A DNA stretch of 64,000 bases from Vicugna vicugna. Its lineage: Eukaryota. The stretch lies in the NCBI GenBank assembly GCA_013265495.1, contig MU058531.1:2170911-2234910 (forward strand), read 5' to 3'. Below the pieces are notes generated by a model. It searched no databases and was not told where the DNA came from. It saw only the letters and a program-made list of their open reading frames with translations. Shown one piece after another: positions 11,601 to 23,600 of the stretch. The first letter of the stretch is position 1, and each line of letters starts with the position of its first letter. The translations under genes and the position numbers were made by a program.

Positions 11601-14600
11601 GGTAAGAAAACGGAGGCCCAAAAAAGGTGACTTGGCTGAGATCTCTGTCTCGTTGGTGTCAGAATGAGAACACGACCCAACTCTCCTGACTTCTAGGGTA
11701 GCCGAGCATACTCCATCATTAATCTCAGCTCTAAGAAAGGCAAAAGGAAGCTGACAAGCAGGAGACTTTGTGGAGCACAGCTCTCCCAAATCTGTAAGCA
11801 CTGACAGATTTTTGGAGATCCCGAAAGGCAAATGTTTGAACCCTGTGCCTCTAGGACAGCACTCGCCCCATGAAGGTTCAGTCTGCACATTTTCCATTTA
11901 GTGTTATGAGAAATAGATACCTACACATCTGTGCTCAGAACCTCCATACTGATTGAACACAAAAAGTGAAATCGGACTTATTATTAGTGCATTATTATGA
12001 GGCACAGATAGATCCAGCTCTATTTTTAGAGAAGAAAGATAAAGTTTCTAATGGAAAAGTGCTGTTATGTTAAATAACGGTTTTAGAAGTGCTATGCCCC
12101 TACCCCCCTCCCAAACCACACTGGAACATCACCTACAAAACGAATACCATTTTGTAGAATGGCATCAATGCCCTCAAATGTTTCACTTACCCACCATGAA
12201 TGCTGGGGGCCTTGATTTTGCCTTACCTCTGTCAAAATTGTACTGCTGGGAGATGATTTCCCCCCAATATTTAGCACACTCTGCAGACAGTTTCTTTGGT
12301 TTATCTAGTCGACGAATCGCCAATGCCTGAATGTGTTTTTGGAAGGCCTCTTCTGTCATGTCCTCTATGGACTTTTCCATGGCAATTAAGAAAGCTTCCA
12401 CTCTGCTTTCTAGGTAGTGAGGTGGCTTTTCTGACTGGATGATGAATCTTAAGCCCTGTATACCATTGGCTCGGCGTGGCCCACTGAAGACGATGTAGCC
12501 TGAAACACAGACACCCACGGTCAGGACTTGGGCATTTCAGACATGGGTCATTTATAATCTTTCAAAAATTATTCTGTCAGAGCAAATAAAATCCACTTTA
12601 GAGGTTTATATTATTCACCTCTGAAGAAATGAACAATTAAAAATAACTTCAGTTCCTAAGAATAGAGCAGAAGAGCTCTCTCAATAATTAGAAAGTTGGA
12701 GATAACACTTTCTTCTTAAAAAAACAAAAAACAAAACCCCTATTCTTCATTCAAACTCAACAACCCCAAGCTCCTCACTGTCTGTGAGTTAATCCCCTTC
12801 TATCCATGTTAAAGTTATTCTCATCCCTATGAAATGCTGGACCCATTTTCATCCCCTAACCATTGTCCTAGCTCAGTTTCCTTTCACATCCACGTTCCTT
12901 AAGTGAACTCGCCTCTGCTGCTGCGTTTCTTGTTAGATAACCCACTCCCAGACCAGCTCCATTCAGACTGCAGATCTTTAGAGACCACGTAACTGAAGGT
13001 TGTACTTCCACTGTCATCTTGTGACCTCACACACTACCTCCCATCAACATCTTTCCTAAACTGAGCTTGCGGCTTGCCTCCTCCAGCTAATCTGCCCAGA
13101 ACCACTCCTCACTACATTCAGCAAAGCCTTCAGAGTTGGAACACTCTTAGTAGCATTTACCACGCTATACTATAATTACTCCTTTACAGGTCTGCCTTCC
13201 TGATTAGACTGTGAGCAACTTGAAGGGAAGGACCATCCACAACTTATCCATTTTCACTGTCCAGCATCGAGCATGGTGGTTATTTAAAAAGAAGATTGTT
13301 ACTTGGGGAGGCTCACCCAAATTCTTTTTCACTGACTCTTCAAAGTATATTACTGGGGCTTCTTTCTTTCCTTAACTGATCAAACCTGCCAGGATCTCCA
13401 CAGATTTTAAAAGTGCCTACAATTCTGCCTGAAACATTTCCTCAACAGGCACTTACTGAATACCTTCTATGTGCCCCATGCTTGGGATACAAAGATGAAT
13501 AAAAGAAAATACCTGCCCCTACAGGGAACCCAAAATTCAGTAAATCTAATCTTCTCTGGATGGCATGCCTCGCACCTTGCCACCCATAACAGTCTTCCCT
13601 TAGCATCCTCTCTCCCCCACCCAAAACGACCTCTTTATTGACATGTATGTAATGTGAACACACTGTCAGCTCCTTAAGAATTGCTCTAATGCCCATAAGA
13701 TATTAACTGCTTATCTTCTAGAGGTTTCCCACAAACAAGGCTTTTGCAAGCCTTTCTGAGCAGAGCATGCCTGAACCACCATGCTAGGGGAGGGTACATG
13801 CAGAGAATGTTCTCGAGGACAAGGTCTGTGCTATCTTGCTGCCCACTGCTTCCCCCTCACCCAGCTGCTCCTTGGTGCGCAGGGTGTTGAAGCAGGGCTC
13901 AGAGATGATCTGACAGAAGAGCTCCAGAAACATATTCTCCGAGGTGCTCTGCATGTCTGTCTGGTAGTATATCTCGATGCCACAGTTATTGTGAACTTCA
14001 TTCCTCTGTTGATAAACAAACCATCCCCCTAGAAAATTTCAAGAAGAGAGGAACACGTTCAAAAACGTACAGTTTAAAAAGTTCATGCTTTGTTTGGCTG
14101 TTTGAACTTGTTCAATTTGGTTGGTGTCTTTTGGCAGTTCCAAACAGCAATTAATCTATTAAGAATGTGAAACTTAACCCAAGGGAATCCTAACATACTG
14201 ATCTATACTTGTGGCCCTCGATAAACACTCACTGACTTTAAAGGGCAAAAAACTTACAAAAAAAATTTTATGACTATGTGTGAATGCTAAATGAGAGCCA
14301 TAGTTAATGAAATGTACAACATAGTTTACATACTAGATTAGAACTAGCTAATATGTATAAGAATCTCAACAGAAATACCATCTGTTTTAAGACCCATACA
14401 AAACAATTTTTTAGATTAGTAGTTGTGCCTTTATTACCTATTTAGCATTTTATTTCCCATATTGATTACCAACACCCACACTAAAGGTCAGTTCACAAAT
14501 TCACACAAATGTGTACAATGCTTAGAGCTGACTTAGCCTAACATCTCACTTTAGAGATGAGGAAACTAAGACCCTGAGAAGCGGGGTGACTTGTCCAAGG

Positions 14601-17600
14601 ACACAAAGTCAGATGGTGGAGAGAGCTAAGACTAAAACTCAGCATATCTGAGTTTTAGTATTCCATGCTTTATAATCTGATCACTATTTCATAAGCAGTA
14701 AATGTGCCTAAGCAAACACACAGTGCTTACTTAGTACTTAGTATTATGTAAGACACACAAATAAGATTTCTCAGACACAGCAGTAAATGCTATGCTTGCT
14801 CACTTTCATGAATGCTGATTTAGATAGACATCAACAGTGAAGGGAGGCAGAGAAACCTGGAGTTGTATTTTGTCTATTTACTTTTCTGACCAGGTCCAAG
14901 TCCTATCAATAGTCGAGCTTCCTGATTGCATACTGGCAGCACTAAGTTCCTTCATCAGAACAGGATGGGGAACACAGGATCTTAGTCTGTCTTCCCCACA
15001 CACTTCCAGGCTTTTTCATACATATCCCCAAATGTCTCCTTCTTCACAATGCCTGAAGTTTTCCTTTTTAAACTGTAAATATTGTCCCATGGAGAGGAAC
15101 AACTAATAGTGAAGAACTATTTAAGACATTCACATCTGATCAATTGGCTAAATTAGAATGATTTCCTAAAACCTAGCATTTGGAAGTAAACTGAGTCATT
15201 TTTGAGCATAGGGCAGTTTGTGAGGGCCCTTGGGGGACAAAAAGAGACAGCCATAGGAGAAGAGAGAGAAAGCAGGAAGTGTAGTAAAAAGAGTCACTGT
15301 GAAAGATAGACCTCACTTTGAAATTTTGTTTCTAGACTGTCTCCACTTTTCTTGATAACCAAATTCTATGGTTTCTGAATGGCAGCAGTTTCTGATTCTT
15401 CTCTCTGCCACATGGCAGTGACTGGGAACAAACAGAAGTTTGAAATGAACCACACAGAACAGCAACGCTGTGCTCAAGGTGACTTTGAGCATTCAACAAA
15501 GACATCCTGAGGTAGTGCTATGTCCGAGCTGCTTTAGTAGCTACTCCAAGGATCCAGACACAGATCCCCGCCTTAAGAAATGAATAGCCTAACAAGAGAG
15601 ATGTAGATGCACTTCAGTTCCAATGCAGAGAAGAAATGCTGCGTAGCTTAAATAAGGAAAAGTTCAAAAAACCTATGCTGGGAGGTCAGAAGAAGTGATT
15701 ACTTTTAAGAAAAGTTCAGCGGAGTAGGTAGCTTATAAAACAGGCCTTGAAGGATGAACAGGGTCCATGAGGAAGGGCGGGTGGCGTGGCAGGAGCACTA
15801 TTTCGGTAAAACAGCTGGGGAAAAAAGCACAGAACATGCATGCATGGGGAACAGCCGACAATCAAGTGTGGCTTGAAAAAAAAAAATCAATGTTTCTCAT
15901 TCCTGTACTTTCCACTATACAATTTTGAACAATACTGAAAATGCTTCATGAGTTTTATACTAAAAGAAATCGCTGTTACTGCAGAAGTAATCCAGCATTG
16001 CAAACTCTAGTATGTTACTGACAATTCTTTTTTATTTTTACTTTTGGTGGGGGGTGTTATTAGGTTTATTTATTTACTTACTTACTTATTTTGGTGGAGG
16101 CACTGGGGATTGAACCCAGGACCTCATGCATGCTAGGCACACATACTACCACTGAGCTATACCCTCCTCTCTGTTATTAACAATTCTTTACGTTAATTCT
16201 TTACATATATGGATATAATGAATACATGTTGCTATCTGTACCTGTGAGTCTTCTGCCAAAGATTCCTATGGGCTTCTAATTAAATATTATGATTCTCATT
16301 TCCATTTTTTATAAATAAATTTTATTTCAAGCTCCACAGCAACATTTCTTTAGCTTTATGATTTTTTGCTTTCTAACTCCTCTACGTTCAACTATCAGCC
16401 AATTCTAGTACACTCAGTCTCTTCAAAATAACTACTTCCAGTTTCACCTCTTTAGCCCTCCTACAAATAATTTTCTGACAGAATTCTCTACCTTCAACAT
16501 ACTTCTAAAATAGTAGAGGATCCCAGTAGATCTTTATCACAAAACTACACATTATCATCCAAGTGAATTCAACCCACCTCTAATCACACAATATTATGTC
16601 AAAGTAGTTCATTATCAGAGTTATAACATTTCCACTTACTGTCAGGGAGCTGAACTTCTCTGTACCGAACTAGCTGACTTGGAAGAAGAGGTTTCGTATG
16701 AGCATGCTCAATAAGGGTGTCTTCAACCATCTGCATAATTCCTAATGCAGCCTGTGGAAAGAAAGAGGTCACAGCACATTATAAAACCACACAAGTATCT
16801 TGTCTTAGATAGCAGCTCATGCAATATGAAAACAACACGCTTGTGAAATAAAAGTGGATTTTTAAATTTTAAATACATTTGATCCTATTCAAATGGATAA
16901 AAAATGAACTTGTCAATTTGCAACATAGTCAGTATGGTAGGGGTGAAGAGAAACAGAGACCCAGACAATCATCAGCACTGATCTTGATGCTGGAGCGGTA
17001 CTGGTGATGAGAAGTTGGTCCCAAGTGACTGACCATCATCTCAGACACCTGGGGTTACAGCAAAGCAAAGGAGGTAAGCGTAAAGCTTTATTTTTAATAA
17101 AACGGACCTTGGTAAGAACCTTGTCTGGGCCACTTATTAGCACCTGACCTTGCATACTGTTTTGGAGGCAATACAGCAAAGTGGTACAGAGTGTGGGCTC
17201 TTGAGACAGATGACGACAGGAATTCTGGAATCTTTCCATGTTCTGAACTTCTGGTATGTACTATTTAACTTAATCCTTATAGGTCTAATTTTATAGGTAA
17301 GGAAACTGAGCAAGAGAGATGAACGCATTCAGAGGATTACATAACTAGTAGGTGGCAGAGTCAGGATCTGAATCTAGGCTATCTAATTCCTTACCATGTA
17401 CTCCTATCCACTACACAGTTCAGCTTCCTACAGAGTAGGGATGATTATTCCCATTTCCTCCAGTGATTGCATGAGGCACGCAACAACACAGGAGATAGCC
17501 GTAAAAGTGGGTCCACAGTTACCCATGACCGTTCTGCTTTCCCATGCCCTCTCCTACCTTCCTCCATAGAGCAGAGAAGGCTGAGTCAATGCTAATGTGC

Positions 17601-20600
17601 TCACACAACCACACAGTGGTGGTTAGTGGTCTTAGACCGACTAGGGTAAAAATTTTCTCTTGGACTGAGCCATAAAAGATTGCTAAAACCTCAGCCACCT
17701 ACCTGCTTTGTTATGTTCCCATGGAGAAGGGCTTCAATGTGCAGCCGTGACAGGAGCTGAGGTATGAAAGCCTTAAGGCGAGGAAGGGTGACATCTGTAA
17801 ACAGATGTAAGAAATAGTAAGCTCTACCTATGAGGACTTTTTTTAAAAAAACAGAAAACAAAAAAACTTTGAGATAATTTGAAACTTACAAGAGTTGTAA
17901 AAATAGTGCAGAGAGTTCCTGTATTCTTTTCACTTATGTTTCTCTAACGTTAACATCTTTCACAGCCTAGTACAACGATCAAAGCTAAGAAATTAACACA
18001 GGTACAATACTATTAACTAAAATACAGACTTTATTTGGATTTCAGTTTTTCCACTAATATCCCTTTACTGTTCCAAGATCTAATCCATGAACCTGCCTTG
18101 CATTTAGTGGTCATGTGTCCTTAGCTTCCTCCAATCTATAACAGTTTCTTGTTCCTTCCTGATCTTTCATGACCTTACGATTTTCGAACAGTACTGCTCA
18201 GTTATTTTACAGAATGTCCTCTATTTGGGTTAGTCTAGTGTTTTCTCATGATTAAACTGAGCTTATGTATTCCTAGGAAGAATACCACAGAGGTAATGTG
18301 TCTTTCTCAGGGTATCACATTGGGGGCACACGATGCTGACATGCCGTACGTAGTACTAGTGATGTTAATACAGATCACGTGGCTAAGGTGCTATCTGCCA
18401 GATGTCTGTACTGAAATGACAGTGTACTGTTTTCATCTTTTGCTTATAAGTAAGTCACTCATGTGTACTCTACTAGCACTTAGGAAAAGCCACCTACCCC
18501 TCAAGGCCTACTTTTCCCACTGTAATTTTTAAATATTTATTTTGGGAGAAATACTTTGAGTCTATAAAATATCCTGTCCCTTCTTAAACTTTTACCCACT
18601 AATTCTAGCATCCAATGGTGGATACTGCCTGTATCAATTATTATCATGGAATTCCAATAGTGAGTTTTCTATTCCCCTAGTTACTTTTACAGGCATTGAT
18701 TTAATTCTTCAGTTAAGAAGAGTTGTCCCTTCTCTACTAGAACACCATACTAATAAATGCTATAATGGATGTTAAAATTAGTAACTGAAATTTAAAGACA
18801 GGCATGGGAAGGAAATTAACAAGTGCTTACTATGCATCAGGCATTTTATAAATGTTATAAACTATCAAGTATGTGCTATTAAACCTGTTTTAAAGATGAG
18901 AAAACTAAAGTTAAAAAAATTTAAGTTTCCTGTCCAAAGTCAGCAAGCCAGTAAGTCGCAGAGCTACAGCTGATCCTTAGTCTAATTTGAAAGTGCATAC
19001 TGTTTCCACTCACTGCACTATGCAAGGAGCCCCCTTTACTAGAGACTCTCAGTACTCTCTGCAGACCTCTATCACAACACCTAGTCTCTCTGCCTCTACA
19101 AAAAGAATCTGTTTACACTTATGCACCTGAAATCTAATGCCTGGTGCATAGCAGAAAATCAGAAAATGCTGTTGGACCACACTGAACTCCAAGGTCCTTG
19201 CTACGCTGGCACTTGGATAGTTGACTGACTGAGAATCACGTGGGAGCCAGCCTCTCACACTGAGCTGTCTCCAGATTAAGCCACGTTGGCTCTACTGGAT
19301 TATTGTGTGTGTGTATGTGTATCTCAAAACAGAATGATCATTTATTAGAGTAGAAAATGTCAACAAAAAAGTGCTGACTTTCTGTTTATAAAACACATTT
19401 TAGGAAGGCTTCACATACCTATGAGATACTTTAGAGCTTTTTCTGCTTAAAATTCATATACCATCTGACCCAGGATCTAATAAAAGGGGGAGAAACCCCC
19501 AAACTTCTGATTTTTGATCATGCTGCATGGAGGTTTAATTGCTCAAAAATATATTTTAGATCAATTCTTTGGTATTTTTTAAAAAGGTAAAATTTTTGCT
19601 GTTAACCAGATTTGACTCATAACCATTTTGCAAAGAAAGGTATATTAACTGTCCAGATTAAAAATGCATTTGATCTAGTTAATCAATTTTATAATATATG
19701 TGCCTACCCAATGCCTGAAGCAACCAATAAAATAATAGTTTTCAATACTGTGTTCTTGATTTGTTACTGAAGACATCAAAGGTGTAGTGATACACAATAA
19801 ATAAGGACTTGTCATAAAAGATCACTAAAAATTCAATAGTATTCTTTTTCTTATTGCTGAGCATGTAGGAAGAAAGATTAATTGGTAAAGCAATGCTGAG
19901 AAATGGAAAAGATAAAACACTAATAAAGGGTGATATCAGTCTACATTCTTTCCCCCAAAACAACCCTGAATGTAATTTCATTCCATTGAATAGGCATTCA
20001 CCATACTGAATACTAAATAAAGAAGATAAAGGGGAAGCATAATCACTGCCCTCAAAGAATTTAGGGCTTTCAAGCAAAACCTCTGAAAACTATATCAAGG
20101 ATTTTAGGAAAAAAGCAACAAAAGATGACTCTTTAGGCTTTACATATTTTCCATTTTTTAACCAAACTGAACAGATCTAAAAATGCCTAAGCATTCTTTC
20201 TGTGTGACTTTCCAGCTCAGCTTTTTTCCTTTTCTGAAAACTTTAATATTAACAAGGTAAAGTGCTTGGTTCAAAACATTTAGTCATCTGCAAGGAACTA
20301 TGAATAGTAGTAACTGATTGTTATGGGTCTAGTTTGAAAATAGCAAATGTGGTAAAACTGCCTGAACACAAAAGTCACTTCAAAGGCCACACTGTTTTTG
20401 TCAGAAAAAGTATGCACAGCTGGCTTTAACAGATTACAAGTTATCAGAAAACATAAACCCTAGATAACAGGATAAACCAAAATGATTTTGGAAAAAAAAA
20501 AAAAAGAAGAAACCATCGGGTTCTATGTAGAATCTCACCATCCAGGGCTTCCTTTAATTCATCTTTAGTCCAGGCCACTTCAGTCATCAGCAAGCGGAGG

Positions 20601-23600
20601 TAGTACATGGCGTGCTGGTGAGGCTGTTCAGCTCGGAAATTGTTAAGAGATCGCATATACTAGTGAAGGGAGACATGGGTTCATTAATGTTATCAATCCT
20701 TTCCAAATCATTTCAAAAGAGCAGCTATAATCAAACTTCATTTTGCATAAATCCTATGTTGCTGGAATGCAGAGATATCTGCTTCTTGCTCCTCTTTGTA
20801 AATTTTCGTATTATGTAATTTAGAATGGGACTTACTCTTGTCCCCTCTCTGATCCTTAAACTAAAGAGTCTGCTTTTACTTTGTCCAGGCTGTTGCTTTA
20901 TCCCCAGTATCTGACATGTACTCTTAAGTATCTTCACTATGGGACCCCTTTTATTCCTCAGAAAGTTATCCTGAGTTTTCAGGACCTCCATCTCTTGGCA
21001 TTCTTTAATTCTTCACCATAAAGTCATCCCAAAAGTCTCTCTGAACAAGCAACATGGATATGTATGTGTATGTATATATGTGTATGTATGTGTGTGTGTG
21101 TGTGTGTAAAATACTGAATGTTTACCTGAAAACTGATCATTTCTTTTGGTGTACAATGAAGGTCATAGTTTGGCTTTTGAAGTAGCTATCCATCCCATAT
21201 TTCCATTACTGGACCAACAGTGAGTTCAGTTTAAGTGGAAGGTACATCAAGCCTAAATAGTCTGCCTTAATGTAACAAGGCTGTCATGATAGACTGAGGT
21301 CCCAACCGCAGAATTGAGCATTCTTCTTAGAAGGTTGGATGAAACTATCAGTGAGTCCCTGAAAGCCACTGGTCTACCTCAGGCTTCTCTCTGAAAAGTA
21401 AGTGCTGCAACTGTCCTAGCTCTGAGGGCCTACAAAGAAGGGGCCAGATGTTCACCAGAGTCTGCTGGGATTTCTTCCTGGGCAGAGTATAGGATTTAGC
21501 AAAGATAGGGTGAGATGACTGCCACAGGGTTGTGAACGCTTCTTTCCTCGTGACTTCCCTAAAAATGTTCATAACATGGCAATATTACCTTATAAATAAA
21601 AAAAAAACAGCACATTATAAAAATAAGTTCAGAAAACTTACTGCCTCTTTGATGATTTCAAATCTTTTTTCATCAATCTCAAAGGTAGCCATTTTCTCAA
21701 TAATCTTCTTTAGCAAAATTGGCTGCTTGTCATTGTAACCTTTCACTGAGAGCTACAGAAAGAGTTCAGGGTATTAAAAGTCTAAAAACATCATGAAACA
21801 ACTTAAACTTGACTTTAAAACATTTAAAAAATCCCCAAACCAAGAGTATCAAAATAAAAATAAAACAAGAAATTCAATTAATTTAACTTCTTTTAAATAT
21901 AGTTTAATACTTAGTAAGATAACGTAATCATCTTTGTTTACTAATACACAAAAGCATAATTTTGCTTCTCTTAAGCAAAATCGACAGTAGGAAAACTCAC
22001 CTGATGGCAAACTATGGCAGCACACTCTACACCATGAAAATTTACGTTCTCATTAAATCAAAATTAATTACAAAATATGATTTAAGTTTAATCTTCAAAA
22101 AGAATCACTAAGGAATGGCAGGCTTAAAGTTTTTACAAGTGTGTTAAGAAGGCAAAAATCATAGGGGAGTGTTATCTAGAAAACTATTGGCTATGTCCCC
22201 AAATTGTCTATATTTAAATATTTAAAAAATCATCTTTCAAGAAATCAGATGGCCCCAGTTTTGTATTATGTGGCATTTTGCCACTTTTCTCATTCAATGT
22301 TGCCCAATAAGGATCCATATGCCTCACTACTTGCTTGTTTGTTGAGTTCTGCCAATGTACCAAAAGCCAATGGCAAAACAGATGTGAAGTGAGGAAACAT
22401 TGTCTGGATTTTGCCTTAGGATAATTTACTTTAATAGTTTCTGAACGCATAACAGTTTGAGAACCAGGGGAAGCCTATTATCATATTTCCTACTATTACA
22501 TTGTCACATGGTGGCACCCACAGCAGTAGAGGATACATTGCAACTAAAATACCTATGGAAGCCTCTACCTTAAGAAAAATGATAGGCAAGAATCTCAGAA
22601 GGAGTGAAGGTCACTTGCCATGAAAAACACATCACATACTGTGGGAACTATACTGACAACTAGCAGAAAACCCATCTTGTCACATATAACAAATTATTTA
22701 TTTTAATGGTAATATGCTACTAAAACTCAATAGCAAAATATAAACCATAGATTATTACTTTTCTATTTGGATTTTATTTTGATCTCTCAGCTTCAAATTT
22801 CCCTGGACTCTGAAAATGATTAGGTTATACACATTGTAATACATTACAAAACAAAAACTACTAGAAAATTCACTTGTGTGAAGAAAAAAAGTCACTGCAA
22901 AATAAATAAAATTTAAAACCCTAAAACCGTTTGTATAAGAATTAGAAAGAGGAGTACACAACACATGCTCTCATTTCAGCTGCTACGAAAATATACAATA
23001 CATTTTCAAGAAAAGTGAAGATGAATGTGTGCCAGAAGACGGGTGTTAATTTGGAAATGAGGTATAAATTTGGATATGTAACAGAAATGGTCTCAATACA
23101 AAGGATCTAGTTATTTCTTAGTGCCTTTAATGTAATTAACAATGCTTCTTAAAACATACTTAAAGGAAGTTAATGATACATGCTTCAAAACAAATTGAAT
23201 GAAAATGTCAGGTGTGTTTGAACACAGGAACTTTCTACTACTGTTAGCAGAAATACAGGAAGCTTATAAGTAAAATTCAGCACCACAATAGTAACTATGG
23301 GCATCTTTCATTTACAGATATTAATATAATCAAATATATGGAAAGAACAAGATGCTTTCAGGATTAGTATGTTAAACATTTCAAGCAGAGGAACATGCAA
23401 ATAAATGTAGCACACATACATGTTCACAAGATGCACTGAACTCTACTAAATCATATGTTAGTGGAACTAATACTAACTTGAGTTCTTCAACCATTAAAAA
23501 GGTGCAAGGAAAAAACCATCAATCTTCTTGTTTTAAAATGCAGAAGTTAATAGTTTTCCCAAGCTCAACATAATGCTTAAACGGTGTGACGCCTTTTCTT

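Noticed and set aside
16095..16170. tRNA-like sequences (also at 28605, 50540, 52590)
   Set aside because: They have A/B boxes but are diverged and followed by SINE body and A-rich tail, with a TSD in one case. They are SINEs, not tRNA genes.
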